This document shows, piece by piece, positions 8,944 through 17,474 of a stretch of 44,291 bases of DNA. A program made the position numbers and the translations under genes. Under the pieces are notes generated by a model, which had not been told where the DNA came from, searched no databases, and saw only the letters and a program-made list of their open reading frames with translations. Every line of letters begins with the position of its first letter. The first letter of the stretch is position 1. The DNA is from a virus. Its lineage: Duplodnaviria; Caudoviricetes. The DNA is taken from IMG/VR virus record IMGVR_UViG_3300012952_000032, positions 1-44,291 of that record. One strand, given 5' to 3'.

Positions 8944-9230
8944 TGGTCTAAATTTGGTCTAAAGTAAAAATCACAAAAGACCATCTAAATTAAGAAAAAA
9001 GAAGATTAACTAGAAGCTGTTGTTTTGTAAAGGAAATTTAGATCGAAAGTGGCTGCCCAACCTGGACTCGAACCAGGAACCAAGTGATTAACAGTCACCT
9101 GAATCAAACCCGTATTAAGCAGCATTACCTATTATTTTCTCTTTCAAATTCAGTTATTTACTTTTGTTATTAGTATTAGTCAGGATTATCAAGGATTCTT
9201 ATTGGTCTAAATAGACCAATTTTTGACCAA
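8944..9230. mobile_element. attP region with arm-type repeats
   Basis: TGGTCTAAA at 8944-8952, 8955-8963 and 9203-9211; inverted/degenerate copies at 8975-8983, 9212-9219 and 9221-9230, flanking a tRNA fragment. Confidence 0.8.
9050..9100 (-). other. attP core: 3' half of tRNA-Asn(GTT), not a complete tRNA
   Basis: Minus strand AGGTGA-CTGTTAA-TCACT-TGGTT-CCTGG-TTCGAGT-CCAGG-TTGGGCAG-CCA gives anticodon arm, T arm and CCA end; no D arm or 5' acceptor strand. Confidence 0.9.
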
Positions 9231-9257
9231 AAATACGTGACTAAATACCCTAAATCA

Positions 9258-9725
9258 CTAGGCAAGTATAACAAATAAGATTGCCCCGGTGACAATAATC
9301 CCGCCAAAGAGAATACCAAAAATAAGCCAGAGGTCTTTCATAAAAGCATCTTCGTGCTCGGCCTTGCTGTTAGCATCAGCCCGCGCTTTAGCTTTCATCT
9401 TGTCACGACGAATCGCCTCGGTGCGTATTTTTCCCCATAGTTGGCTCTTACCTGCGTTTATGTACATCCACTTGATGCGTTCTTCTGCACGACGAATTGC
9501 CTCAAGCTCTTCCACATACTCAACAGCTTCTTCCAACGAAGAACCTGCCAAGGGGTCGCTGTTCTTCTCCCGTTCTTCAATGCCTTTTTCAACTTCGTGC
9601 TTGCTCTTAAAAAAAGCCCGAACAGTGCTGGACATGGAATCGATTTCCTTGCCAGTAGCGATTCCTTTTTTAAGTAACTCGTAGGCGCGAAATGCCCCAG
9701 ATGCAGCCAATGCGATGTCTATCAT
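9258..9725 (-). CDS. Hypothetical protein with C-terminal TM helix
   Basis: GAGG SD; coiled-coil middle; hydrophobic tail. Confidence 0.75.
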   Translation of the reverse strand: MIDIALAASGAFRAYELLKKGIATGKEIDSMSSTVRAFFKSKHEVEKGIEEREKNSDPLAGSSLEEAVEYVEELEAIRRAEERIKWMYINAGKSQLWGKIRTEAIRRDKMKAKARADANSKAEHEDAFMKDLWLIFGILFGGIIVTGAILFVILA

Positions 9726-9740
9726 GGTAGATACCTCGCA

Positions 9741-9821
9741 TTAGTAACCTTTGCGTTTCTTTTTCTTTTTCTTAGACTTGGCAGGTGGCGCGTTTAATAC
9801 GCATTTTTTACCTTTGTGCAT
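9741..9821 (-). CDS. Lys-rich micro-ORF, 26 aa (not in ORF track)
   Basis: MHKGKKCVLNAPPAKSKKKKKKRKGY*; GGGAG SD; fills the intergenic gap. Confidence 0.6.
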   Translation of the reverse strand: MHKGKKCVLNAPPAKSKKKKKKRKGY

Positions 9822-9834
9822 GTCAATCTCCCTA

Positions 9835-10041
9835 TCATTTTTCAGTCACATATCCGTTTGTTACTTGCCAGTTGCCAAGTTCGTCCTCGATCTCCTTGGC
9901 ATGTTCATCCAGATAGACTACTTCAGAGCCTTCTGGCAATAGCTGTTGGCAGATGTCAGCTATCGGTATAGAGGAAACAGCAACAAAGTCGGTAATCGTA
10001 CCTTCGCTGTTGTAAATTACTGCCCCCCTAAATTTGGTCAT
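9835..10041 (-). CDS. Hypothetical protein
   Basis: Start moved to MTKFRG, ATGA-coupled to the upstream stop. Confidence 0.55.
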   Translation of the reverse strand: MTKFRGAVIYNSEGTITDFVAVSSIPIADICQQLLPEGSEVVYLDEHAKEIEDELGNWQVTNGYVTEK

Positions 10042-10364
10042 TTTGAAGGTTTGTGCATGAATGCCGTCGCGCCCATGTATGTACCTACAATACCGCAAAG
10101 TGAAAAGTAAAATAGTCCCAGTAATTCAGCCAAGGCAGTAACCCGGCTATCGGGTACAAACGGGGTGAACAGCACAACTGTTACAGCAATCATTACCAGT
10201 ATTGCCAGCCACGCCATCATCTTTTGTGCCTCTGACTTCTCCTCTCTCAACTCCAAATCAAGCATCTCTTTCGATCTCGCTATCTCCTCATCAGTAACAA
10301 CTCCATCCCCGTCAAGATCAAAGTCGTTGTATTTTGATTTTGTCTGCAACTTCTTCGGTGTCAT
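10038..10364 (-). CDS. Membrane protein with EF-hand-like loop (holin-like)
   Basis: DLDGDGVVTDEE Ca-binding-type loop plus two TM helices. Confidence 0.7.
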   Translation of the reverse strand: MTPKKLQTKSKYNDFDLDGDGVVTDEEIARSKEMLDLELREEKSEAQKMMAWLAILVMIAVTVVLFTPFVPDSRVTALAELLGLFYFSLCGIVGTYMGATAFMHKPSK

Positions 10365-10558
10365 TTCGGCCTCGCTGTTTTTATTTGTGTGCGTTGAGTT
10401 AACATTGCATCAGCTTTCTCTCCGATATCAATGCCGTTAGCTTTCATTGTTGCCAGTGCTTCCCACAGTGCTTTTTGGGCGCTGCCTTCTTCTTCCAACT
10501 TCTCGTAAGCCTTTCTTCTGCTAATTGTTGGGTCAGTAGTGATCGTTCTATGTGACAT
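10361..10558 (-). CDS. Hypothetical tail-associated protein
   Basis: Coupled ORF in the tail block. Confidence 0.6.
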   Translation of the reverse strand: MSHRTITTDPTISRRKAYEKLEEEGSAQKALWEALATMKANGIDIGEKADAMLTQRTQIKTARPK

Positions 10559-10934
10559 CGATTAATAACCTTTTCCGTGGATGACGAGCGTGGGATAAAA
10601 CAAAATAAAAACTGTCACCGACATCGGTAGTGAAAGTAAAACTACCTGATTCTCTTGTCCTTACCTCATCAGGCCACATTACTTCTGTGTCATTGGGTAG
10701 ATTAGAGACAGTAATTGTAGTGTTCACAGCAGGGGATTCACTCACAGTTATGTCAGGAAAAGGCGTTCTCCGCACCAATGTAGCATCTTCTACATACCAA
10801 TCTTCCGGTTCCACTAGCTCAGACACTTCTAAAATACTTTCGCCTTCTTGCTGATTTCCTTCAGCCAAACCATTGTGAGCACTATGCACTTTCGTGATCT
10901 GACCGTAACTGTCGTAAAAAACAACGTAACTCAT
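10548..10934 (-). CDS. Hypothetical tail-associated protein
   Basis: Start MSYVVFYDSYGQITKV coupled to the tail-tip gene stop. Confidence 0.65.
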   Translation of the reverse strand: MSYVVFYDSYGQITKVHSAHNGLAEGNQQEGESILEVSELVEPEDWYVEDATLVRRTPFPDITVSESPAVNTTITVSNLPNDTEVMWPDEVRTRESGSFTFTTDVGDSFYFVLSHARHPRKRLLIDVT

Positions 10935-12820
10935 CGTCGTGTACCTAGAATAATGAAATGAGCACGGCCAGTTTCCCATGACGACTGGTTATATAATTTA
11001 CGTGCATACAATCTAACCAATATATTGCCCGTGCCTGTTGGTTGAAACGTATATCCTGACGTTAAAGTAAATGCGTAATCTTCTAATGCGCTATGTGCAA
11101 CTCGTCCCGCAGTTGCTCCAGACGTTAACCAGGTACTACCCCCGTCTGAAGAAATTCTAAAAGCCATATCAATTACATTATCTGCCTGATTACTAGAACC
11201 AGCCCCTGCAACAAAATTCTGGGTAATTAGCACTGTTACTTGACTAGGTAGGTTACTCGAATAATTTTCAGTTACTCCCCCGCCATCTATCGCAGTCCAG
11301 TTAGTTATAGTTTCTGAGTTGTCATATCCAATAGTTGTGCCACCTGTACCTACCACCCCTTTCGGGACAGTACATGCGTCACCTTCAATTTTTAGGGTTG
11401 TAACGTCAGCATCTGCAATCTTTGCAGTAGTAACCCCCAAATTCGCAATTTGTATCTGCCCGTTATTATTTGAATCGATAGTTGCCCCATCTAAATTAAT
11501 ACGGCCTGTATCAAGCGTTCCAGCAACTATTTTGTTGGCATTTAATGTGTTCGTAATATGGGCATTATCAATTGTGGCTGTACCAATGTGCGCTTCAGTA
11601 ATACTTCCAAATTTAATAAACGCCCCGTCCATATAAACACCACTGGGCAAAGTAATTGGTACTGGCGGGACAGCAGAGGTATAAAATGTCTGAGCTGAAG
11701 TTACAACAGAAAAAGGAGTCACGGCAGGTTGCGTAACACTACTTCCTGCGGGAGCTTCTATAAAAAATTTGTCTGCAAGAATACCAAAGTCTGTAGACTG
11801 AGCAGTTGCTACAAAGCCAAACCCAGAAAGTCGTTGTTGACCACTAGCACCTACTGCCGCTTTTATAAAATATTCTGCTTCTAGGCCACCAATTGAACCC
11901 GTATGAGAAGTAATAGTCGCCTGTTGATTACCTTGTGTAGTATTAAGTGCGGTCAATTGACTTGCTACACTGGTTGCATCAGCCCCGTCAGTTACATGGC
12001 TGTTTAAAACAGTAAAAGCAGTCGCGGTATTTCCACCTAATACAGTCTTTAATGCAGTTAAATCGGTCAGATTATTACCTGATTGGGTGGTTAAAGTAGT
12101 TACACCAGTATCAAGCTGCGTTAATGTTCTTTGAGTTGCTGGATCGTATGACCCAATAATCGAATGCCAACCAGGGATTCTTCCTACATCAGTGGCAAGT
12201 GTTGTATATAAATGAGAATTGCGAATTTCACCAGTAAGTGTAGTTAACAAAAAATCTACATCAGGCTGCACGGTCGCTGAAGTACCGCTTTCTGCATTCC
12301 ACTCACTCATGTCTCCGTGCGTATTCTCGTGTCGCGCCCAATAATAATAAGTCGTGCCTGAAGTTACATCTTCATCACTGTAAAACTGAGAAGTGGAAGT
12401 ACCTATAAAAATAGCAGCACTTCTGACATCGCTCGTATTTCTGTAAACGTGCGTTCGAAAATGATTACGGTGCTTCCACAAATCCCATTTGATTAGTACA
12501 GCAGTAAACCCTGCTGTTACTGTTAGATTCTCTGGTTTACCAACTGCTTGCGATAAATTAAGGTCATCACCTAAAGGAAGTCCAAAATCAAGCGCATTAG
12601 GATCATAAGGGTTTGCTGCAAGCTCTTTCGCAAGACCACTAGAAATTAATTCCCGCAGTGTGATCGCTCGATCTCTTGGATCGCCCCGTCTACCCAACCG
12701 AATCTCCACGGCCTCAACCATCTTATCGAGAAACTTTTTAAGCTCAGGGTCAGCTTTATTTGGCGCAGACGGTAGTGCGGGGACAGTCGTTGCATTTAAA
12801 GTACGAGTATTCTTACTCAT
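10931..12820 (-). CDS. Tail tip/spike protein (Fn3-like plus GpJ C-terminal-like region)
   Basis: YYYWARHEN Fn3-type strand; FGILADKFFI and GVYMDGAFIKFGSITEAHIG motifs; ITTAKI-like repeats. Confidence 0.75.
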   Translation of the reverse strand: MSKNTRTLNATTVPALPSAPNKADPELKKFLDKMVEAVEIRLGRRGDPRDRAITLRELISSGLAKELAANPYDPNALDFGLPLGDDLNLSQAVGKPENLTVTAGFTAVLIKWDLWKHRNHFRTHVYRNTSDVRSAAIFIGTSTSQFYSDEDVTSGTTYYYWARHENTHGDMSEWNAESGTSATVQPDVDFLLTTLTGEIRNSHLYTTLATDVGRIPGWHSIIGSYDPATQRTLTQLDTGVTTLTTQSGNNLTDLTALKTVLGGNTATAFTVLNSHVTDGADATSVASQLTALNTTQGNQQATITSHTGSIGGLEAEYFIKAAVGASGQQRLSGFGFVATAQSTDFGILADKFFIEAPAGSSVTQPAVTPFSVVTSAQTFYTSAVPPVPITLPSGVYMDGAFIKFGSITEAHIGTATIDNAHITNTLNANKIVAGTLDTGRINLDGATIDSNNNGQIQIANLGVTTAKIADADVTTLKIEGDACTVPKGVVGTGGTTIGYDNSETITNWTAIDGGGVTENYSSNLPSQVTVLITQNFVAGAGSSNQADNVIDMAFRISSDGGSTWLTSGATAGRVAHSALEDYAFTLTSGYTFQPTGTGNILVRLYARKLYNQSSWETGRAHFIILGTRR

Positions 12821-14913
12821 GTCGCTTTGATCTCATCAATAGATTGAGCAATACAGGTTTCTGTCACTTCGTATTTAGTTTCTACTTCGACTTCCCACTC
12901 TTGAGCTACCGTCGCAGGGAGTCTCATAATGGGTTCGTAGAGATTAGTGTCAGTCGATCCGTTCCGCATGATGTACGGAGAAGAGGCGCTTGTGTTAGCG
13001 GTTCCGCCCATACCACTGTGGGCAGAACAATAATAGTACAGTGTCGGTGCGCCTGTCGGGACAATAATCTGCGTGTATGCACCAGGTGTTACACCCGGTG
13101 TTCCGCTGTAGGTCACTCCACTGGTGTATTCAACGCCGCTGTTATGTGTACCGTCTGAAGTAGTAGATAGTCGCAACGGATGAGTTGCATTACTCGAATC
13201 TGCTTGATCGAAAATGTACGTTGAACCTTCCTTTAAGGTAAGAGTATCTTGGGATACTCCGTCAATAACAAACTTACCTGCGGCTACGGTAACAGTCTTC
13301 GTTACAGAAACGGCTGCACCGCTGTATATTTGATAGTTAGCAATCTGGTTCCCATCACCATACACTTTCACAGTAATTGCATCGGCTAAAGCAGTAGGCC
13401 AAATAGCGGCGTTTACCGAAACCCACCCCATAGACAGCGGAGTTTCAGTTACATACTTTTTGCTTTTCCATTTTGCTGTTTGATTGGTAGCACCACCTGC
13501 GTACTTCATTGCATTACTGCCAACAATTAAATACACGTTGCCAGAACCAATGTCAGTTGTACCACCTCGAACTTCAGCACTTACTGAGAGTGTCGAGATT
13601 ATAGTGTCTTGTGCTTGTGGGTCATAAACCCAACCACCGTAATTACTCCCGTCTTTCCAAAAGGCAACGTATTTACCTTCGTGCAGAAAAGCCTTTATAG
13701 CACTGGGTTTGAAGTCGCTGTTCCACTGCTTTGCTTTTATCAAACCCCTTGTAACGACTTGTCCCGAAGTACCTGTTATAGCAACAAGACCATCGGGGCT
13801 GGCATATAATACATACTCGCCCATGTCTACAATCGAATGTTTGTTGATACAGCTTTGCATTACATCAACTTGCATTGCTGTCATTGCTGACGGATCAACA
13901 CCGGACACAAAGAAAGGCACAGTGTCTGTAAGCACAACAACACCGTTAGCAGTTGCTGATAACCCGATGATTGTTCCATCGATAGTTAAACGATATTGGA
14001 CAGGCCAAGCGTGAGGCAGGTAAGGCTCAGAGAAACAGAGCCTATTACCGCTATGCCCCGCAAGCACACCGTTACCTACGTTTATCAAATTTTCCAACGG
14101 TCCATAAGGATACAAACTAGTATCATCGTTCGGGGGTCCAACCCATGTAGTGGACGGAAGTACCTCCCCAAGTCCTGTTGAAGCTACAGTGTCGCTAAAA
14201 GATGTGCCTGAAGTAATCTCACCGCAAAATTGAAAACTCGTACTGGTTGATCCAGTGTTGCTTCTGTATATCCGCATTTTTGTTAAGTTATAAGAACCAG
14301 TTGGAAACGCTGCCAGTGTTAACGCTACAGTTTCATCGTCCGTTTTATCAATCGGAGTAGAAGCTGCGCTTGGTGGGCCTTCCTCACCGTAAGCAGAAAC
14401 ATACGTGTAAACGTAGCTTACGCTGTCGGGTTCTTGAGTAGCAGTGGGTGTTCCTGATTTAGACGTTGTTGGTGCAGCACTAGGCGCAGGGATACCAAGC
14501 CGATAACTGGCACTCGGATAAAAAGCCGTTGCACCAATAGCCACAGACTGACTCGCCATTTTAGGATAGTTAGTACCAGCCCCAGAAGTCCCACTACCTG
14601 TCCAATAAACACGTTGGTATTCATCGTCATCGGTTGCAAGCGGAGAGTGTACTGCCTTGACATAATCTTCATCCCACTCTAATTGTCGTGGGGTTGTAGC
14701 TGATGACCCAGTTGCTGTCCGGTGACGATAGATAAACACACTTTGTCTGCTGCTAGTAGAAAAGGTAGAGTCAGCCGAATCGGTTTTAACAGGTACTAAC
14801 GTGCCACTTTCAAAATCTATATTCTCTGCTTCTTGCCCATACTCTTCATTTAATAGGCGAGGGGAGATAGCTGGCGCAATTCCTTTGAAAGTTTTGTTTT
14901 TGAAGTAAGCCAC
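12817..14913 (-). CDS. Tail nozzle/stabilisation-like protein with inserted cupredoxin-like domain
   Basis: FKGIAPAISPRLL N-terminus, SYVYTYVSAYGEEGPPS, FSEPYLPHAWP; insertion carrying HPLRLS...YYYCSAHSGMGG. Confidence 0.7.
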   Translation of the reverse strand: MAYFKNKTFKGIAPAISPRLLNEEYGQEAENIDFESGTLVPVKTDSADSTFSTSSRQSVFIYRHRTATGSSATTPRQLEWDEDYVKAVHSPLATDDDEYQRVYWTGSGTSGAGTNYPKMASQSVAIGATAFYPSASYRLGIPAPSAAPTTSKSGTPTATQEPDSVSYVYTYVSAYGEEGPPSAASTPIDKTDDETVALTLAAFPTGSYNLTKMRIYRSNTGSTSTSFQFCGEITSGTSFSDTVASTGLGEVLPSTTWVGPPNDDTSLYPYGPLENLINVGNGVLAGHSGNRLCFSEPYLPHAWPVQYRLTIDGTIIGLSATANGVVVLTDTVPFFVSGVDPSAMTAMQVDVMQSCINKHSIVDMGEYVLYASPDGLVAITGTSGQVVTRGLIKAKQWNSDFKPSAIKAFLHEGKYVAFWKDGSNYGGWVYDPQAQDTIISTLSVSAEVRGGTTDIGSGNVYLIVGSNAMKYAGGATNQTAKWKSKKYVTETPLSMGWVSVNAAIWPTALADAITVKVYGDGNQIANYQIYSGAAVSVTKTVTVAAGKFVIDGVSQDTLTLKEGSTYIFDQADSSNATHPLRLSTTSDGTHNSGVEYTSGVTYSGTPGVTPGAYTQIIVPTGAPTLYYYCSAHSGMGGTANTSASSPYIMRNGSTDTNLYEPIMRLPATVAQEWEVEVETKYEVTETCIAQSIDEIKAT

Positions 14914-15155
14914 TATTTATCTCCATAATTGAACCAGATACCTGCTGCGATTAGGGATAGGACGACAGTTGTAAGAACTCTAGTGACCGTTTGCCCGACT
15001 GTCCTTTTAGTGTCCCTCCAAGAATCAAGTAACCCTCTTAACTCTCGAACATCAGAGAACGCATTTTCATCGTTCAGCCCGACTTCTCTAAGAGCTTGTT
15101 TTGCTCCTTCTTCTGCGGCTCGTTGAATTAGCAATTCGATCTCTTGTTCGGTCAC
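14913..15155 (-). CDS. Small membrane protein (DUF6127-like)
   Basis: RAAEEGAKQALREVGL...DVRELRGLLDSWR plus C-terminal TM. Confidence 0.7.
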   Translation of the reverse strand: MTEQEIELLIQRAAEEGAKQALREVGLNDENAFSDVRELRGLLDSWRDTKRTVGQTVTRVLTTVVLSLIAAGIWFNYGDK

Positions 15156-15166
15156 GGCTGTTCACC

Positions 15167-15514
15167 TTAGTCTTTCAGCTTTTCTAGTTCTTCGAACGTA
15201 GTTGCTGCATTAATTGCATCACGCCTATCTTGAAAACTTGAATACAAATCAAACCTTGCCGCAATAGAAGTATCAGCTAAATTTTGCAGTGCTGCTCTAT
15301 CAAAAGTTACTTTTGTATTTGATAAATCGACCCAGAAAAAGCCATCAGGTAATGAGGTCAGACTCAAATTCCTAACCATTTGCTCAATAGATTCAGGACT
15401 AGCTTGGTAAGTTTTACCATCTAGTTCTACTGTTAAAGAATTGTATTTCACATCGTAATCGAGCCGATTGGCTGCAATCTGTGCGTCTTTATGATCTTGC
15501 GTTACTTCTGTCAT
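15167..15514 (-). CDS. Tail fibre assembly-like protein (DUF4376-like)
   Basis: FFWVDLSN and C-terminal INAATTFEELEKL; follows a fibre gene; GAGG SD. Confidence 0.65.
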   Translation of the reverse strand: MTEVTQDHKDAQIAANRLDYDVKYNSLTVELDGKTYQASPESIEQMVRNLSLTSLPDGFFWVDLSNTKVTFDRAALQNLADTSIAARFDLYSSFQDRRDAINAATTFEELEKLKD

Positions 15515-15524
15515 AGTTAATCCT

Positions 15525-16754
15525 CTACGCGGCAACTACTATTTGTATAGAGCCATGATTACCATCAGCCCCAAAAGCCCCATAACTTGCACCGCCTCCT
15601 CCACCCGCAGGTGCAGTTAAAGCACAAGTCACGGAGGTATAACCTGACGCTATGTAACTTGAGCCTCCACCGCCAGAACCAGGGTACACACCTCCCGCAC
15701 CTCCGCGATAGCCTCCAGCGCCGCCTCCTCCTGTACCGTAATAACTACCGTATTTCAGACCACCATCTCCGTAGGCTGAAGTAGTGCTACCAGAGCCATA
15801 GGAAGCAGTATCAGAAGTCTGACTTGCTCCTCCGCCACCGTGTTGATTAAAGCCGTTACAAGTGCTGTTTTGTGAGTGAGTTCCAGCAGCCGTCCCCGTT
15901 GCAGCAGTGTGGTATGTATCACCTGTTCCCCCGTTTGCTGTATGAGGCCCATTTATACCACTAGCTATAACCCCTCCAGCACCCGCAGTTTGAGGCGGAT
16001 TATTCCATGCAGAGGATGCACCGCCTCCACCCCCTGCAACAAGAATTACGTTTCCGGTAGCGTTATCAATTACAGCGCCAGCACCTGCACCACTACCCGC
16101 TTGTGCATAAGCAAGACTCGTATTTTGACCAGTGTGTGACTGACCTTTTCCACCTATCGCCAGCTTGAGTATCTGACTTGTACCAGATACAAACGATGTC
16201 GCAGCCTGACCACCAGCAGCACCATGCCCACCACTGTAGTTCCACATTCCTCCACCTGCTCCACTTCCACCTGTAACACTAATCGTTACTGTTTTGTTGT
16301 CAGGAAGCATTGCGTAAAAGTACAAGTTCCCATAGGTAGAATGAAGAAAATTTGTTGTAGTGTTAGGACTTAATACTGTTGTACCTGTAGGGGGTGTCGA
16401 AAAGGTTGAATCAGAAGCGTCTAAAGTTGCTCCATAAGAATTAATCATGGCGACACGATAATAGAACGTGGTGTTTGCCGCTAAACCTGTAAGTTGAGTA
16501 ACTGTCGTCCCGCCAGAAACAAAAGTATCTGCTGTTGTAACATTTGCACTTGTTGACCAGTAAACACCATAAGAAGTTGCGTTCGATCCAACCGTGTAAT
16601 AAATATTTGCCGAAGTATCATTAAGTACCTGAGTCGAAATTCCACTAGCAGCGTTTGGAGTTAACTTCGGCCAAGCATCTGCTCTTTGCTCGTCCCTGGC
16701 CTTTTTTAAAGTCCAGACTCCATCAGCAGGGAAATTAGTAGAACGTCCTACCAT
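15525..16754 (-). CDS. Glycine-rich tail fibre/adhesin with Fn3-like domain
   Basis: LTGLAANTTFYYRV Fn3 signature; VAGGGGGA and GGGGSSY glycine-rich motifs. Confidence 0.75.
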   Translation of the reverse strand: MVGRSTNFPADGVWTLKKARDEQRADAWPKLTPNAASGISTQVLNDTSANIYYTVGSNATSYGVYWSTSANVTTADTFVSGGTTVTQLTGLAANTTFYYRVAMINSYGATLDASDSTFSTPPTGTTVLSPNTTTNFLHSTYGNLYFYAMLPDNKTVTISVTGGSGAGGGMWNYSGGHGAAGGQAATSFVSGTSQILKLAIGGKGQSHTGQNTSLAYAQAGSGAGAGAVIDNATGNVILVAGGGGGASSAWNNPPQTAGAGGVIASGINGPHTANGGTGDTYHTAATGTAAGTHSQNSTCNGFNQHGGGGASQTSDTASYGSGSTTSAYGDGGLKYGSYYGTGGGGAGGYRGGAGGVYPGSGGGGSSYIASGYTSVTCALTAPAGGGGGASYGAFGADGNHGSIQIVVAA

Positions 16755-17107
16755 TAGCTAATCTCCTCATACGAGCAGACAGCCTCTAAATCAGAAGCTG
16801 AACTTGCAGTAAGTCTGAGCGAATCGCCTTCTTCTAAATAGATAGCTTTTGTTACAACGTCGAGTGTAGAGTCTTTTGGGACAACAACTGTTTTTGCAAT
16901 GTGATAAGCAGTTGAACTGCGGAACAAATCAAGGGTTACATCTGCGTCATTTGTGCCATCAACATTACTGACATACAAAGCATTAACTTTAAACACTTTG
17001 TTTGATGCGGCAGAGTTCTCTACAATTACAGTGGCACTCGTACCAACTGCTTGCACCGCTGTTTTTCCAATTATTGTCGTGACATTTACAATATTCGGTG
17101 CGCTCAT
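16754..17107 (-). CDS. Conserved tail-fibre-associated structural protein
   Basis: MSAPNIVNVTTIIGKT...IYLEEGDSL...SYEEIS, a pattern recurrent in aquatic phage tail cassettes. Confidence 0.75.
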   Translation of the reverse strand: MSAPNIVNVTTIIGKTAVQAVGTSATVIVENSAASNKVFKVNALYVSNVDGTNDADVTLDLFRSSTAYHIAKTVVVPKDSTLDVVTKAIYLEEGDSLRLTASSASDLEAVCSYEEIS

Positions 17108-17111
17108 TTTT

Positions 17112-17210
17112 TTACTCCCCGAAAACAATAGCCATTGCTATTGCCTTACCCGTTGACGCTTTTTGTGTGATCGTGGCTGCACTATCAGCTAAGTCTCTTG
17201 CTTTACTCAT
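17112..17210 (-). CDS. 32-aa micro-ORF, minimal fibre adaptor-like peptide (not in ORF track)
   Basis: MSKARDLADSAATITQKASTGKAIAMAIVFGE*; strong AGGAGG SD; fills the gap exactly. Confidence 0.75.
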   Translation of the reverse strand: MSKARDLADSAATITQKASTGKAIAMAIVFGE

Positions 17211-17218
17211 GTGACCTC

Positions 17219-17461
17219 CTAACTAATATCGATTTTTAAGAATGCTGCAATATTTGGATCAACTGGCTTTGGAAGAACAGCATCACTGGCATTGTCATCT
17301 GTAACACCATCAGTCGCATCTCTGAGTTGCTGTCGGTAAACGTCTAAAGTTGCTATCGCATCTTCACCATAATTTTTAATTAAGTCGGGAGAATAAATGC
17401 AATCGGTGGCTTGCAACGCCACATCTCGCTCAGTTCTAAATTCTGCTAGAGTGTTCGCCAT
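17219..17461 (-). CDS. Tail fibre assembly chaperone
   Basis: R.ERD..L..TD and YRQQLRD motifs; AAGGAG SD; follows a fibre gene. Confidence 0.75.
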   Translation of the reverse strand: MANTLAEFRTERDVALQATDCIYSPDLIKNYGEDAIATLDVYRQQLRDATDGVTDDNASDAVLPKPVDPNIAAFLKIDIS

Positions 17462-17474
17462 TTAAAATTCTCCT

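Noticed and set aside
9050-9125. Complete tRNA-Asn gene
   Set aside because: Sequence 5' of the anticodon arm forms no D arm and does not pair with the acceptor strand; it is an attP core
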